A stretch of 64,000 nt of DNA from Thermodesulfobacteriota bacterium (lineage in GTDB: Bacteria > Desulfobacterota > Desulfarculia > JACQYL01). The translations under genes were made by a program, and so were the position numbers. The notes under the pieces are model-generated. The model saw only the letters and a program-made list of their open reading frames with translations. It was not told where the DNA came from and searched no databases. Below are positions 32,210 to 43,100 of this stretch, piece by piece (the first letter of the stretch is position 1; every line of letters begins with the position of its first letter). The stretch covers positions 3,264,001 through 3,328,000 of the forward strand of contig CAXXLZ010000002.1 of NCBI GenBank assembly GCA_963675595.2. The letters run 5' to 3'.

Positions 32210-33337
32210 ATGAAGAGACTCAACAGAATGATCGGATGGTGCTTGCCCGTCGTCTGCCTGACGTTGCTGACGCTGTGCGGTTGCCTGCAAGGTCGGCAGG
32301 AAGGCGAAGGCTTCATCAACGTGGGGGAATTTACAGTCAAATCCCTCGACAACGGCTTGAAAGAACTGAGGGACGGACAGGGGCGCCGACTGGTTCTCGT
32401 ACCCAGGGGTCAACAGGCCCCCCAAGGCTTTCGCAAGGAGGAGATCGTTCCCATACCCGTTCGTCGCGTGGTTGCCTATTCCACTCAGGAAGTGGCCATG
32501 TTTCGAGCTTTGGGAGTGTTGGATACGCTCGTGGGCGTCACCACCAGGAAATGCGATTGGACGATGCGAGAAGTGGCTCGCGGGATGGAGGAAGGGAGAA
32601 TCTCCTACCTCGGCGATTCCACTTCGGTGGACCTGGAGCGTTTGAAAGCCGCTCGTCCCGAAGTCGTTTTCACTTGGGACCAGAGTGTTGTCCCCATGCT
32701 CGAAACCATGAACATTCCAGCGGTGATCACCTACACCGGCAGGGCCATGGACCTCGAGACGCGAGTTCGATTCATCCAATTCCTCGCGCCGTTTTTCGGA
32801 AAAGAACGGGAAGCCGATCGTTTCGTAAAAACCGTTTTGGAGACCATTGCTGAGATTCGCCGAAAAACGGCCGACGTCAAACACAGGCCCAAAGTGATTT
32901 GGGGGGATATCTACGAAAAACGGGTGATGGTGGAGCCGGGGAATTCATGGGTGGCGGAAATGATCAAGCTCGCCGGAGGAGACTATTTGTTCGAGGACAT
33001 CGGCGGCAGCCATTGACTGGAAATCACACTGGAAAGGTTTCTTTCCAGCGGAACCCGGGCGGATGTCTTCTTCACCTATCGAACGCCCCAATTCGGAGTG
33101 TCGTCCAAGGACGCCATCATGAGCATCAATCCCTTGATCAGAAATATCGCGCCCCTCAACCCCGCGGGTGAAACCTTTTCACCCTATCCGCTGTACGCGC
33201 AGTCCGGAGACGAACTGGCCGACGTCATCCGGGAAGTGGCTTCGATCCTTCATCCGGAGCTTTTCCGGCGGGAAAGAATCAAGTACTTCAGACGGCTTCC
33301 GCAGGAAGACCCCATGGATCGGACGGCGAGGAGATAA
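32210..33337 (+). CDS. ABC substrate-binding lipoprotein (BtuF/FepB class), putative selenoprotein with Sec at TGA 33014-33016
   Basis: Lipobox LTLCG-C; PVRRVV, VDLERLKAARPEVV and LAGGDYLF motifs; frame continues after TGA (LEITLERF...ILHPELF) to TAA 33337, which overlaps the permease ATG; SECIS-like hairpin downstream. Confidence 0.85.
33029..33048 (+). promoter_or_regulatory. Putative bacterial SECIS element
   Basis: Perfect 8-bp stem CTGGAAAG/CTTTCCAG with G-first loop GTTT, beginning after a 12-nt spacer from the in-frame TGA. Confidence 0.72.
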
Positions 33338-34359
33338 TGTCTGTAGGGAAAATCGACACAAACCACGGGATCGTGTTTTCAGCCTCTCTCGTCCTGCTGG
33401 TATCCGCGTTTGTCGTCAACGTGCTCATGGGGTCCGTGGAAATCTCTTTGGGACGGCTGGTGGAAATCGTGACTTCTTTTTCCACCGACGGCACCGAAGG
33501 ATTCATTGTTTGGAATATCCGAATGCCCCGGGCCGTGGCCGCGGCGCTGGGCGGTGCGTATCTCTCCGTGGCGGGTCTGCTGCTTCAGGTGTACTTCCGC
33601 AATCCCGTGGTGGGTCCGTTCATTTTGGGCATCAGTCACGGAGCGACTCTCACCGTATCGGTGGTCATGCTCACGAGTTACGGTTTGGGGCTGCCCCGTG
33701 TCAGTCCGTTCATGAGCACGATCGCGGCCTTCATCGGGGCCTACGGGACCATGGCGGTGGTGATCGGTATCGCGAGCAGACTCAGAAGCGGCATTACGTT
33801 GCTCATCACGGGACTGATGATCGGCTATTTGTGCATGGCCGTCACGAACGTGCTCATCGCTTTCGCCGAGCAGGAGAAGATCAAAGGATTCGTGCTCTGG
33901 CAATTGGGAAGTTTCGCGGGTTTCAAATGGATTGAAATCGAAGTCCTGGTCTACGTGGGGTGCTCGATCCTCACCGGCGTCTATCTTCTGAGCAAGCCCC
34001 TGAACGCTTTCTTGCTGGGAGAGGAATACGCGTCCACCATGGGGGTCAATATTCGTTTATTCCGGATTCTGATTCTTCTTTGCGCCTGCGCCCTGGCCGG
34101 CATGGTGACCTCCGTGGCGGGACCGGTGGCCTTCGTGGGACTTGCGGTGCCTCATCTGACGCGACTTTGCTTCGGCACGTCGGACAACCGCATTCTGATC
34201 CCCGGGGCCGTTCTCATGGGCGGCGCCGTGACCTGTCTTTGCGACCTCATCGCCAGACTGGTCTTCGCTCCCGTGGAACTACCCATCAGCGCCATTACGG
34301 CTCTGTTCGGGGCTCCCATCGTCATCAGCCTGCTCCTCAAGAAAGGAGCCTACATATGA
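33337..34359 (+). CDS. FecCD/BtuC-family ABC permease
   Basis: IRMPRA, QVYFRNP..GPFILGI, LNAFLLGEEYASTMGV and GPVAFVGLAVPHLTR. Confidence 0.92.
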   Translation: MSVGKIDTNHGIVFSASLVLLVSAFVVNVLMGSVEISLGRLVEIVTSFSTDGTEGFIVWNIRMPRAVAAALGGAYLSVAGLLLQVYFRNPVVGPFILGISHGATLTVSVVMLTSYGLGLPRVSPFMSTIAAFIGAYGTMAVVIGIASRLRSGITLLITGLMIGYLCMAVTNVLIAFAEQEKIKGFVLWQLGSFAGFKWIEIEVLVYVGCSILTGVYLLSKPLNAFLLGEEYASTMGVNIRLFRILILLCACALAGMVTSVAGPVAFVGLAVPHLTRLCFGTSDNRILIPGAVLMGGAVTCLCDLIARLVFAPVELPISAITALFGAPIVISLLLKKGAYI

Positions 34360-35597
34360 CCCGTCCCGTTCCAAGAACTCGGGTCATTGAAACGCGCAAC
34401 CTGGCCGTGGGTTACGGACCAAAGGTCGTTCTCGACCATTTGAACGTTCATGTGGACGAAGGCAGTTTCGTAAGTCTCCTGGGACCCAACGGAGCGGGGA
34501 AGACCACGTTTCTCCGGACTCTGGCGCGCCTACTCCCGGTAATCAAAGGCAGCGTGTTCATTCGGGGAAAGGAGTTGGAGCTCTACTCGGCATCCGAACT
34601 GGCCAGGCGCCTTTCCGTTGTGCTCACGAACCGGGTGTCCCCCGGACTGTTCACCGCCTTTGAATTCGCGGCGCTCGGCCGCTATCCGCACACGGGGTTT
34701 TTGGGAAAGTTGAGCGACGCGGACCGAGACGTCACCCGGCATTGCCTGAAACTCGTTCATGCGGAAGACTTGGCGGAGCGGCGTCTGGATACCCTCAGCG
34801 ACGGTGAGCGGCAGAAAATCCTGGTGGCCCGCGCACTGGCCCAGGAGCCCAAGATCATCCTGCTGGACGAACCCACCCTGCATCTGGACCTGAAACACCG
34901 GATCGAATTGATGGCCATCCTGCAGCGCCTTTGCCGGGATGAGGGTATCTCGGTGGTGGCCTCGCTTCACGACGTTGATATCGCCGCGAAAGTTTCCGAC
35001 CAAGTGGGATTGATCAAAGGAGGAACCTTGATCCGGTGGGGTGCTCCGGAAGATGTTCTTCAGGAAGACGCGGTAGCGTCTTTGTACGACTTCAACGGCG
35101 CAAGTTTCAATCGCCGGCTGGGGAGCATCGAACTAAAGGGCGGCGGGGGGCGACAACGGGTTTGCGTGATCGCGGGAATGGGCAGCGGCGCGGTCTTGTA
35201 TCGTCTCTTGGCCAAACGGGGATACGTCTTGTCCACGGGAGTGCTCCCCTCCAACGACGTGGATGCCTACGTGGCCGCTTCCCTTAGCGCGGAGTGCGTG
35301 ACCAACTCGCCCATGGAAGCGATTTCCGATGAAGCGTTCCGGAAAACGAAGGAGCATATTCTGGAAGCCGATTTCGTTATCGACGCCGGCTTCGAGGTGG
35401 GCTCTTTGAACGAAAGAAACGTGGAACTGCTTCGGTTCGCCATGGAACAGAACAAGCCGGTTTACGGGCGATTGCCCGAGGGCGGCGTCGTTCCGCATCG
35501 GAACGGGGTGAGCTCCCGCATACCGTTCTATGCTTCGGAGCATGAGTTGATTGAAGAGGTGGAGGCGGCTCTTGCCCGAAGAAGGCCGGAGGCATGA
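34356..35597 (+). CDS. FepC/BtuD-family ABC ATP-binding protein with C-terminal extension
   Basis: GPNGAGKTT, LSDGERQ and LLDEPT; extra ~150-aa C-terminal domain. Confidence 0.92.
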   Translation: MTRPVPRTRVIETRNLAVGYGPKVVLDHLNVHVDEGSFVSLLGPNGAGKTTFLRTLARLLPVIKGSVFIRGKELELYSASELARRLSVVLTNRVSPGLFTAFEFAALGRYPHTGFLGKLSDADRDVTRHCLKLVHAEDLAERRLDTLSDGERQKILVARALAQEPKIILLDEPTLHLDLKHRIELMAILQRLCRDEGISVVASLHDVDIAAKVSDQVGLIKGGTLIRWGAPEDVLQEDAVASLYDFNGASFNRRLGSIELKGGGGRQRVCVIAGMGSGAVLYRLLAKRGYVLSTGVLPSNDVDAYVAASLSAECVTNSPMEAISDEAFRKTKEHILEADFVIDAGFEVGSLNERNVELLRFAMEQNKPVYGRLPEGGVVPHRNGVSSRIPFYASEHELIEEVEAALARRRPEA

Positions 35598-35679
35598 TGC
35601 GGTTTGCCTTTTTCTGGACGTCTCCCGATGCCGGCTGTTCGGTGCTCGGTGGAGGCTTTCGACATTGCAGGGAAGAGTG

Positions 35680-37689
35680 ATGAACGGAAATCAGGGTTTT
35701 CCCTTTTCGGCCATTGTCGGCCAGGAGAATTATAAGCTCGCCCTGATCCTCAATGCGGTCAACCCTCGGGTGGGGGGCGTGCTCATCCGAGGGGAAAAGG
35801 GCACCGCCAAGTCAACGGCGGTCAGGGCTCTGGCGGACCTGCTTCCGCGGGTCGAGGTGGTGGAAGGGTGCGCTTATGCGTGCGATCCCGGACGGCCCGA
35901 GGAACTCTGCGAATCCTGCGAAAGGCTGGGAGGGTCGATGCCGACGAGGCTGAAACGAAGGCCGGTGGTGACGCTGCCTCTGAATGCCACGGAGGATCGC
36001 GTCGCCGGGGGTATCGACTTCGATTCGGCCGTCAGGCAGGGCGTGCGGGTGCTTCAGCCCGGGCTGCTGGCCAGGGCGCACCGGGGGATTCTTTACGTGG
36101 ATGAAGTGAACCTGCTGGACGATCATCTGGTGGACATCATCCTGGATGCGGCGGCTTCCGGAGAAAACAGGATCGAAAGGGAGGGCGTCTCCCATCGCCA
36201 TCCGTCCCGTTTCATTCTGGTGGGAACCATGAATCCCGAGGAAGGCGAACTGCGTCCTCAACTGCTCGACCGTTTCGGCCTCTGCGTGGAAGTGACCGGG
36301 GAGCAAGACATCGAGAAACGTATGGAACTCATGAAACTCCGGGAGGAATTCGATTCCGATCCGAAGGGGTTCGTCCAGCGTTTCGCCGAGGAAAACAGGG
36401 AGATCGCCGCCCGCATTGATCGGGCCTGTGCCGCGCTGGAAACCGTAAGAATGGCCAAGCACCTCCGTTCCTTCATCGGTGAGCTCTGTGGGGAAAACCA
36501 TGTGGCCGGGCATCGCGCGGATTTGGTCGTCGAACAGGCGGCCAGGGCTTTGGCTGCTTATATGGGGCGCGGCGAAGTCACCGTGGAGGACATTCAGGAA
36601 GTGGCGCCCATGGCCCTGATGCATCGAAAGCGGGATGTCGCCCCACCACCTCCGCCTCCTCCGCCCGAGCCCGAAGACCGGCCTCCGGACCAAGGGGAAG
36701 CCGAGTCCGGGAAGGAACAGCAAGAGGAGCCGTCTGAAAAGACACCGTCGGAGGAGGAGAATGAAGCGCTTCCGCCCCAAGACTTGCCTCCGCCTGATCC
36801 GGGCGAGAAAGAGCGGGACCGAGAGGGGGAACAAGACGTTTTGGAGCGGATTTTTGAGGTGGGGGCCACCTTCAAGGTGAGAAGCTTCCAGGCGCGAAAG
36901 GATCGCCTCCTGCGGCGAGGTTCCGGCAGACGTTCCCGTTCCCGGGTATCGCAGAAACAGGGTCGCTACGTAAGAAGCACGAACCGGGAAATCAACGGAG
37001 ACATCGCATTGGACGCCACGCTTCGGGCGGCGGCGCCCCACCAGCTCAGGCGCAGAGGAGAAAGCGATCTGGCGGTATGCCTGCGCCCGGATGACATACG
37101 GGAAAAGATTCGGGAAAAACGTATCGGCAATTTCCTGCTCTTTCTGGTGGACGCCAGCGGTTCCATGGGGGCCAGAGGCCGGATGGCCGCATCCAAGGGA
37201 GCCATCATGTCCTTGCTGCTGGATGCTTATCAGAAGCGGGACCAGGTGGCCATGGTTTCATTCAGAAAGCGGGAAGCGGTGCTGAACCTACCTCCCACCT
37301 CCTCCGTTGAAATGGCCGGAAAGCTCCTGGAAGAAATGCCCGTGGGGGGGCGGACTCCTTTGGCTGCGGGCCTGGTAAAGGCATACGAAGTCCTGAGAAG
37401 CCGGCTTCTGAAAGACCCGTCGTCCAGACCTTTTGTAATCGTCATCACCGACGGAAAAGCCAATGCGGGGCTCGGTGAAGGGAGCCCGTTGGATGAAGCC
37501 TTCGCTTTGGCGAGCCGATTGGCGCTGGATGAAAGGCTCCATTTCATCGTGGTCGATACGGAAGAGGAAAACGTGGTTTCCTTCGGCCTTGCCCGCAAAC
37601 TGGCCATGATTCTGAGAGGGAGCTATTTCAGGATCGAAGACCTCAAAGCGGAGAACCTGGTGGAAATCATCAAAGGAAAGGCTGCATGA
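35680..37689 (+). CDS. chlD: Chelatase subunit D (AAA+, Pro/acidic linker, VWA)
   Basis: [52 protein letters not shown] linker and VDASGSM MIDAS motif. Confidence 0.88.
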   Translation: MNGNQGFPFSAIVGQENYKLALILNAVNPRVGGVLIRGEKGTAKSTAVRALADLLPRVEVVEGCAYACDPGRPEELCESCERLGGSMPTRLKRRPVVTLPLNATEDRVAGGIDFDSAVRQGVRVLQPGLLARAHRGILYVDEVNLLDDHLVDIILDAAASGENRIEREGVSHRHPSRFILVGTMNPEEGELRPQLLDRFGLCVEVTGEQDIEKRMELMKLREEFDSDPKGFVQRFAEENREIAARIDRACAALETVRMAKHLRSFIGELCGENHVAGHRADLVVEQAARALAAYMGRGEVTVEDIQEVAPMALMHRKRDVAPPPPPPPPEPEDRPPDQGEAESGKEQQEEPSEKTPSEEENEALPPQDLPPPDPGEKERDREGEQDVLERIFEVGATFKVRSFQARKDRLLRRGSGRRSRSRVSQKQGRYVRSTNREINGDIALDATLRAAAPHQLRRRGESDLAVCLRPDDIREKIREKRIGNFLLFLVDASGSMGARGRMAASKGAIMSLLLDAYQKRDQVAMVSFRKREAVLNLPPTSSVEMAGKLLEEMPVGGRTPLAAGLVKAYEVLRSRLLKDPSSRPFVIVITDGKANAGLGEGSPLDEAFALASRLALDERLHFIVVDTEEENVVSFGLARKLAMILRGSYFRIEDLKAENLVEIIKGKAA

Positions 37690-38732
37690 AGAAGGGACCC
37701 ATTTACCCGTTTACCGCCATTGTAGGCCAGGAAAAGATGAAGCTGGCCCTTATTCTCAATGTGATCAATCCGACCCTGTCGGGAGTGCTGATTCGCGGCG
37801 AAAAGGGCACGGCCAAGTCCACCGCGGTGCGCGCACTGGCCGAGATTCTGCCGGAAATCCAGGTGGTCGAGAACAATCCGTTTCAATTGTCTCCCGAAGA
37901 GGTTCGCGAACAGGAAGGGGACCTGTTCCAAGTGGCCGGGCGCGAGCAACCGGCGTCCGACGGAAGACCCGCAACGATCCGACGGAAGGTCAGGGTGGTG
38001 GAACTACCCGTGGGCGCCACGGAAGACCGCGTTGTCGGCACCCTGGACCTGGAACACGCCCTCAAGAAGGGAGAGAAGCGGATCGAACCGGGTATCCTGG
38101 CCTCCGCTCACCGTGGGATTCTTTATGTGGACGAAGTGAACCTGTTGGACGATCACGTGGTGGACGTCTTGCTGGATTCGGCGGCCATGGGAGTCAACAC
38201 CATCGAGCGCGAGGGCGTTTCTTTTTCGCATCCGGCTCGATTCACATTGGTCGGCACCATGAATCCCGAAGAAGGCGAACTGCGGCCCCAGCTTCTGGAC
38301 CGTTTCGGCTTGTGCGTCCATATCGAGGGCATCCACGAGCTGGAAAGTCGCGTGGAAATCATGGAACGTCGCGCCGCATTCGAGGAAGACCCGGAACGAT
38401 TCGTGGAAAGATGGGCTCCGGCCTCACGGGAACTCACCGAAAGAATTCAACGGGCCGGCGAACTTTATCCTCAGGTGGAAATGGATCGGTCTCATTTGAG
38501 TGAAATCGCCCGCTACTGCTTGGACGTGGGCGTGGACGGTCATCGGGGCGATATCGTCATTCTCAAGACGTCCAAGACCCTGGCTGCTTATCACGGAAGG
38601 ACCCGGGTGGAAGAGGAGGACATCGGGCAGGCCGCGGAACTCGCCTTGCCCCATCGGATTCGCCGTCAACCGCTCCAGGACGTCGTGTTCGACGTGCGCG
38701 GCATGCAGCCCGCTGGGGGAGGCGTCGTGTGA
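37686..38732 (+). CDS. chlI: Chelatase subunit I (AAA+ ATPase)
   Basis: [36 protein letters not shown] and DGHRGD. Confidence 0.9.
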   Translation: MKKGPIYPFTAIVGQEKMKLALILNVINPTLSGVLIRGEKGTAKSTAVRALAEILPEIQVVENNPFQLSPEEVREQEGDLFQVAGREQPASDGRPATIRRKVRVVELPVGATEDRVVGTLDLEHALKKGEKRIEPGILASAHRGILYVDEVNLLDDHVVDVLLDSAAMGVNTIEREGVSFSHPARFTLVGTMNPEEGELRPQLLDRFGLCVHIEGIHELESRVEIMERRAAFEEDPERFVERWAPASRELTERIQRAGELYPQVEMDRSHLSEIARYCLDVGVDGHRGDIVILKTSKTLAAYHGRTRVEEEDIGQAAELALPHRIRRQPLQDVVFDVRGMQPAGGGVV

Positions 38733-38879
38733 CAGGGCGTTGAAAGACACGACCTGCGGCGTTGCGTTGCATGTCGTCGTTCTTACGTAGGCTGCAGCAC
38801 CTGCGTTTTTGCGGCCCGGCGGGCATGTATTGGGAACGGCAGGCCTAAAGCGAACCTTCGACCGTGGTAATCGTTGAAG

Positions 38880-39998
38880 ATGAAGGGCGACACGCGCAAA
38901 GAGGAATTCGCACCCCGGTATCTGGTGTTGTTCGTAACCACGGCGTGTAATCTGCAATGTCCCTATTGCTACGCAGACGACCTACGGGCAAAGAAGCCGA
39001 TGCCGTGGGAGGTGGCGGAGGCCGCTCTCAACCGGGTTGCGCACGGCGGCTTTCCGTTTCATGTGCAGTTGACCGGCGGTGAACCCACGTTGGAACCGGT
39101 TCTGGTCGAGAAGATCGCGTCTTGGTTGCGTTCCCGGCGACTACCGGCAAAAGTGGCTCTTCAAACGAACGGCACATGCTTGGACGAAGGGCTGGTCCGG
39201 ATTCTTCAAGAAAGAGAAGTCCAAATCGGTGTAAGTATCGACGGGTCTCCCTCGGTCCACGATCGCATTAGAGGCGGCGTTGTCGGGACGCTGAAAGGAC
39301 TGGACCTGCTGAGTCGCATGGGGGTCCCTTTCCGCACGACAACGGTGGTCACCCAAAGGAATGCGGCCGTCCTGGACCAGCCGGCGCTGATGCTCGCACG
39401 ATATCCGAATTTGCAGGGTATGGCTCTGGACTTGCCGGTACGTAAAGGGCGCATGATTTCAAGGGGCGAAGCGCTCTGTTGCGATCCGGAGTCTCTGGCT
39501 GCCGGCGTTGCCAAGCTGGTGAAGACCATCGACAGACTGAACGGGACCCGCCGACACCCTATTTCGCTGAGAGAATGGGAGAGGCTGCGTTCGTCGAGAA
39601 GAGAGGCGGCCCCAACGGACTATTGCCATGCATGCCGGGGCGAAAGCATGGCGGTTTTGCCGGACGGGTCCGTTTATCCCTGTTCCCAGACAGCCGGGGA
39701 TCCGGCGCTGCAATCGGGCCGGATCGACCGATGGGAATCGGTCCGACCGCGGATGCTCGGGAGGCGCAGTCTCCGTGAGGTTGCCGGGGAGGATTGCAGG
39801 ACCTGTATTGCGGAGCCTTTCTGTCCCGATGATTGTCCAAGCCGATTGCGCTACAACGACCCGCCGACCATCAAATCGGCGTGCGTTCTCTATCGCACGA
39901 TTGTCTCGTTGAGGGCCGGCGGAAGAGACGACGGCGAAGCGTGGACTTCGAAGGACGGTTCGTTCCGACGGGCGGCCCTGGATAAGGGCGACGGGTGA
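38880..39998 (+). CDS. Radical SAM protein with SPASM domain
   Basis: CNLQCPYC, TGGEP, QTNG and SIDG; SPASM cysteines CHAC...YPC...CRTC...C...C. Confidence 0.88.
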   Translation: MKGDTRKEEFAPRYLVLFVTTACNLQCPYCYADDLRAKKPMPWEVAEAALNRVAHGGFPFHVQLTGGEPTLEPVLVEKIASWLRSRRLPAKVALQTNGTCLDEGLVRILQEREVQIGVSIDGSPSVHDRIRGGVVGTLKGLDLLSRMGVPFRTTTVVTQRNAAVLDQPALMLARYPNLQGMALDLPVRKGRMISRGEALCCDPESLAAGVAKLVKTIDRLNGTRRHPISLREWERLRSSRREAAPTDYCHACRGESMAVLPDGSVYPCSQTAGDPALQSGRIDRWESVRPRMLGRRSLREVAGEDCRTCIAEPFCPDDCPSRLRYNDPPTIKSACVLYRTIVSLRAGGRDDGEAWTSKDGSFRRAALDKGDG

Positions 39999-40111
39999 TG
40001 AGTCGGGAGAGTCCGCAACCGTTCGTCGAACGTTCGTTCTTCCTCGACTTCACAGCGAAGAAGGCGCCGTCGCGGTGAGTCGACTCCTCAAACCAATGTG
40101 AGGTGTCTCCT

Positions 40112-43100
40112 ATGAATCCTTACAGATTGTGCTACTTTTCGGCGACCGCTCTCGAGATTCCGTCCCTGAGAAGAGGACTGGACCTGTATCTGACGGATGG
40201 AGGGCGGGTCCGGGTCACCGCTCGCACCAACAACCAGCTTTTCGATGAAGCGCGGATCAAGGCTTTTGTCAAAGACGCCATGAAATCGGATGCGGTGATC
40301 GTCGTGCTGCACGGCGGCAAGGCGTCATGCGCGGCTTTCGACGCGCTGATAGCGGAATTTTCGGACCCCAAACGCAACGGAAGCAAAGCGCCTTACCTGC
40401 ACATTAAAGCGGATGTCGGCGATGAGGAAGGATTGTTCCTGGCCGGGGAGTATTCCGCGGAATTCGGTACCGAGAACTGGGACATCATATCCAGCTACGT
40501 TTCTTACGGCGGCCCGGTGAACTTTCGCCAGCTTTTCAGGTTCCTCGGCAACATCGTCGCGGACGACGACGTCGGTTGCGTGCCTCCCGAGCCGACGCCG
40601 GGAGAAGGGATTTATCATCCCGATGTCGCGGGCGTTCCTTCTTTGGACGAGTACCTGAAAGCCAAAGTGGATCCCTCGAAAATCACCGTGGGACTCTGGT
40701 TCTATCACTCCTATTGGATCAACAACAACCTCGAGCATATCAATGCCTTGATCAAGGAAGTCGAGAGCCGGGGGGCCAATGTCATCGCCGTTTTTCACCG
40801 AAGGTTCAAGGATGAGTCCTTGGGCACTCGAGGGGCCGATTACGTGGTGGATCATTTTTTTATGGAAAACGGGACGCCCCGAATCGATGCACTCATCAAT
40901 CCCATGAATTTTTCCCTTTCTCTTTTCTCACCGGAGTATGAAGGGTTGCTGGAGCGCCTGGATGTGCCCGTGATCCAGGCCCTGACCACGAGTCAACCCT
41001 ACGAGGTCTGGAAGGCCGGCGTCCAGGGCATGTCGAGCATGGAAGTCTCTTACGCGGCGGCTCAGCCCGAATTCGACGGAGCGTTGATCTCCGTGCCGGT
41101 GAGCACGCGGGAAGAAAATGAGACGGACCCGTTCACCGGCGCCCTGTTGTCCCGTATGGTTCCCATTCCCGATAGGGTTCGAAAGGTGGTTTCTCTGGCG
41201 CTCAACTGGGCCAAACTGAGAAAGAAAAGTCCGGACGGAAAGAAGATCGCCGTTATTTTTCACAACTATCCCCCCAGGAACGACCGCATCGGGTGCGCCG
41301 CAGGCCTGGACAGCTTCGAGAGCGTCAAACTGCTCCTGGATCGTATGAAGGAACAGGGGTACGTGGTTGAACAAACCTACGAGAACGGCGATGAATTGGC
41401 GCAAGAGATGGTCGAACGAATGACCTGCGACCAAAGATGGCTCACACCGGAACGGATGTCGGAAAAGGCGGAGGCGCGTGCCGGTCGAGAAGGTTATCTT
41501 CCTTGGCATGCGGCTCTTCCCGACGGAGTCCGATCGAAAATGCGGGAGGATTGGGGGGAGGTCCCCGGGGATCTCTTCGTCTACCGGGATGAAATGATGT
41601 TTCCGGGCATGATCAACGGGAACATTTTTCTTACCATTCAGCCTCCCAGGGGATACCTGGAAAACGTGGATAAGATTTATCATGACCTCTACCTCTCCCC
41701 GCCTCACCACTACCTGGCTCAGTATCGTTGGATCAGGGACGTATTCCGGGCGGACGCCGTGATGCATGTGGGCAAGCACGGGTCTCTGGAATGGCTTCCG
41801 GGCAAAGCGTTGGGCTTGAGCGAGGAGTGCTTTCCCGATCTCTCCATCATGGATTTGCCCAACGTTTATCCCTACATCATCAACGATCCGAGCGAAGGAA
41901 CTCAGGCCAAGCGCCGTTCCTATTGCTGTATCATCGACCACCTGACCCCGGTCTTTTCCAATGCCGATCTCTACGAGGACCTGACTCAGGTGGAATCCGC
42001 GTTGAAGGATTATGAAGACGCCGTTCGGGAGAACCCCGGCAAGCTCGACGTTTTGCGTCCCATGCTCTGGGAAGCCGTGGTCAAAGCGGATCTGGACAAG
42101 GATTTGGAAATGAACGAGGAATCCGCTTTCGCGGATTTCGAGAAGTTCCGGGAACAACTGCACGGTTACCTATCCGAACTGCGCGATACCATGATCAACG
42201 ACGGACTTCACATCATGGGAACGGCCCCTCGAGATGACCGCCTGGTGGAATTCCTCACGCAACTCACCCGACTCCCCAATGGAGCCGTCCCTTCCTTGAG
42301 GGAGGCTCTTGTCGCATATAAAGGATATGACTACGACGAGTTGCTCGAGAACCGGGGAAGCCGGTTCGCCGGTTCCGGCGATAAGACCGGAGGCATGTTG
42401 ATCGGTGAGGTCCATGAGCTGGCTCTGGAGCTGGTGGGCGGGCTGTCTTCCGAAGATTACGATCCGGAGCGGGCTTCCGCGGCGGTGGAGTCGGTATTGG
42501 GGAGGAGCGTTCCGGAAGTCCTGGAAATCGCGGACTACATTTGCCGGAATCTCGTTCCCGACATTCGTCGCGTGTCGGATGAGATCGATGCGAGTCTGCG
42601 GGCTTTCCAGGGTCGGTTCGTGCCGCCGGGACCTTCGGGCGCTCCCACCAGGGGGCAGGCGGACATTCTTCCCACGGGCCGCAATTTCTTTTCGGTGGAC
42701 CCCTCCAAGATTCCGACTCCCGGGGCCTGGGAGGTGGGCATAAGGCTCGGCGACGCTTTGATCGATCGATGCTTGCAGGAAAACGGAGAATATCCCGAAG
42801 GGATCGGCATTGTTTTGTGGGGCGGGGCCACCATGCGCTCCAAGGGAGACGATCTTGCCGAAATTCTCTACCTCATGGGGGTGAAGCCCGTATGGCAAAA
42901 GGGGAGCGGTCGGGTGACCGGGGTTGAGGTGATTCCCGTGTCGGAACTCAAACGCCCCAGATTGGATGTGACGCCTCGCATTTCGGGTTTTTTTCGAGAC
43001 GCGTTTCCCAACCTGGTGGAATTGATGGACGATGCGGTGCGCATGGTCGCCGCTCTCAAAGAACCTTTCGAATGCAACATGCTTCGGAGGAACGTGCTTC

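Larger units (their letters stand above)
29510..32210 (+). pseudogene. ResB/CcsB-like membrane protein interrupted by an IS
   Basis: N-part SVRLTVLLL...SWFFVL...NTFVCT and C-part HLMHYAVLVILLG...VNRPV...RDRGIWLYIAG rejoin in frame (272 aa) when the IS and one AAGCTT copy are removed. Confidence 0.8.

Noticed and set aside
33014-33016. Nonsense mutation making the SBP a pseudogene
   Set aside because: It is a single TGA with a well-placed SECIS-like hairpin, an intact downstream frame and coupling to the permease. Sec readthrough is the better reading, though unproven.
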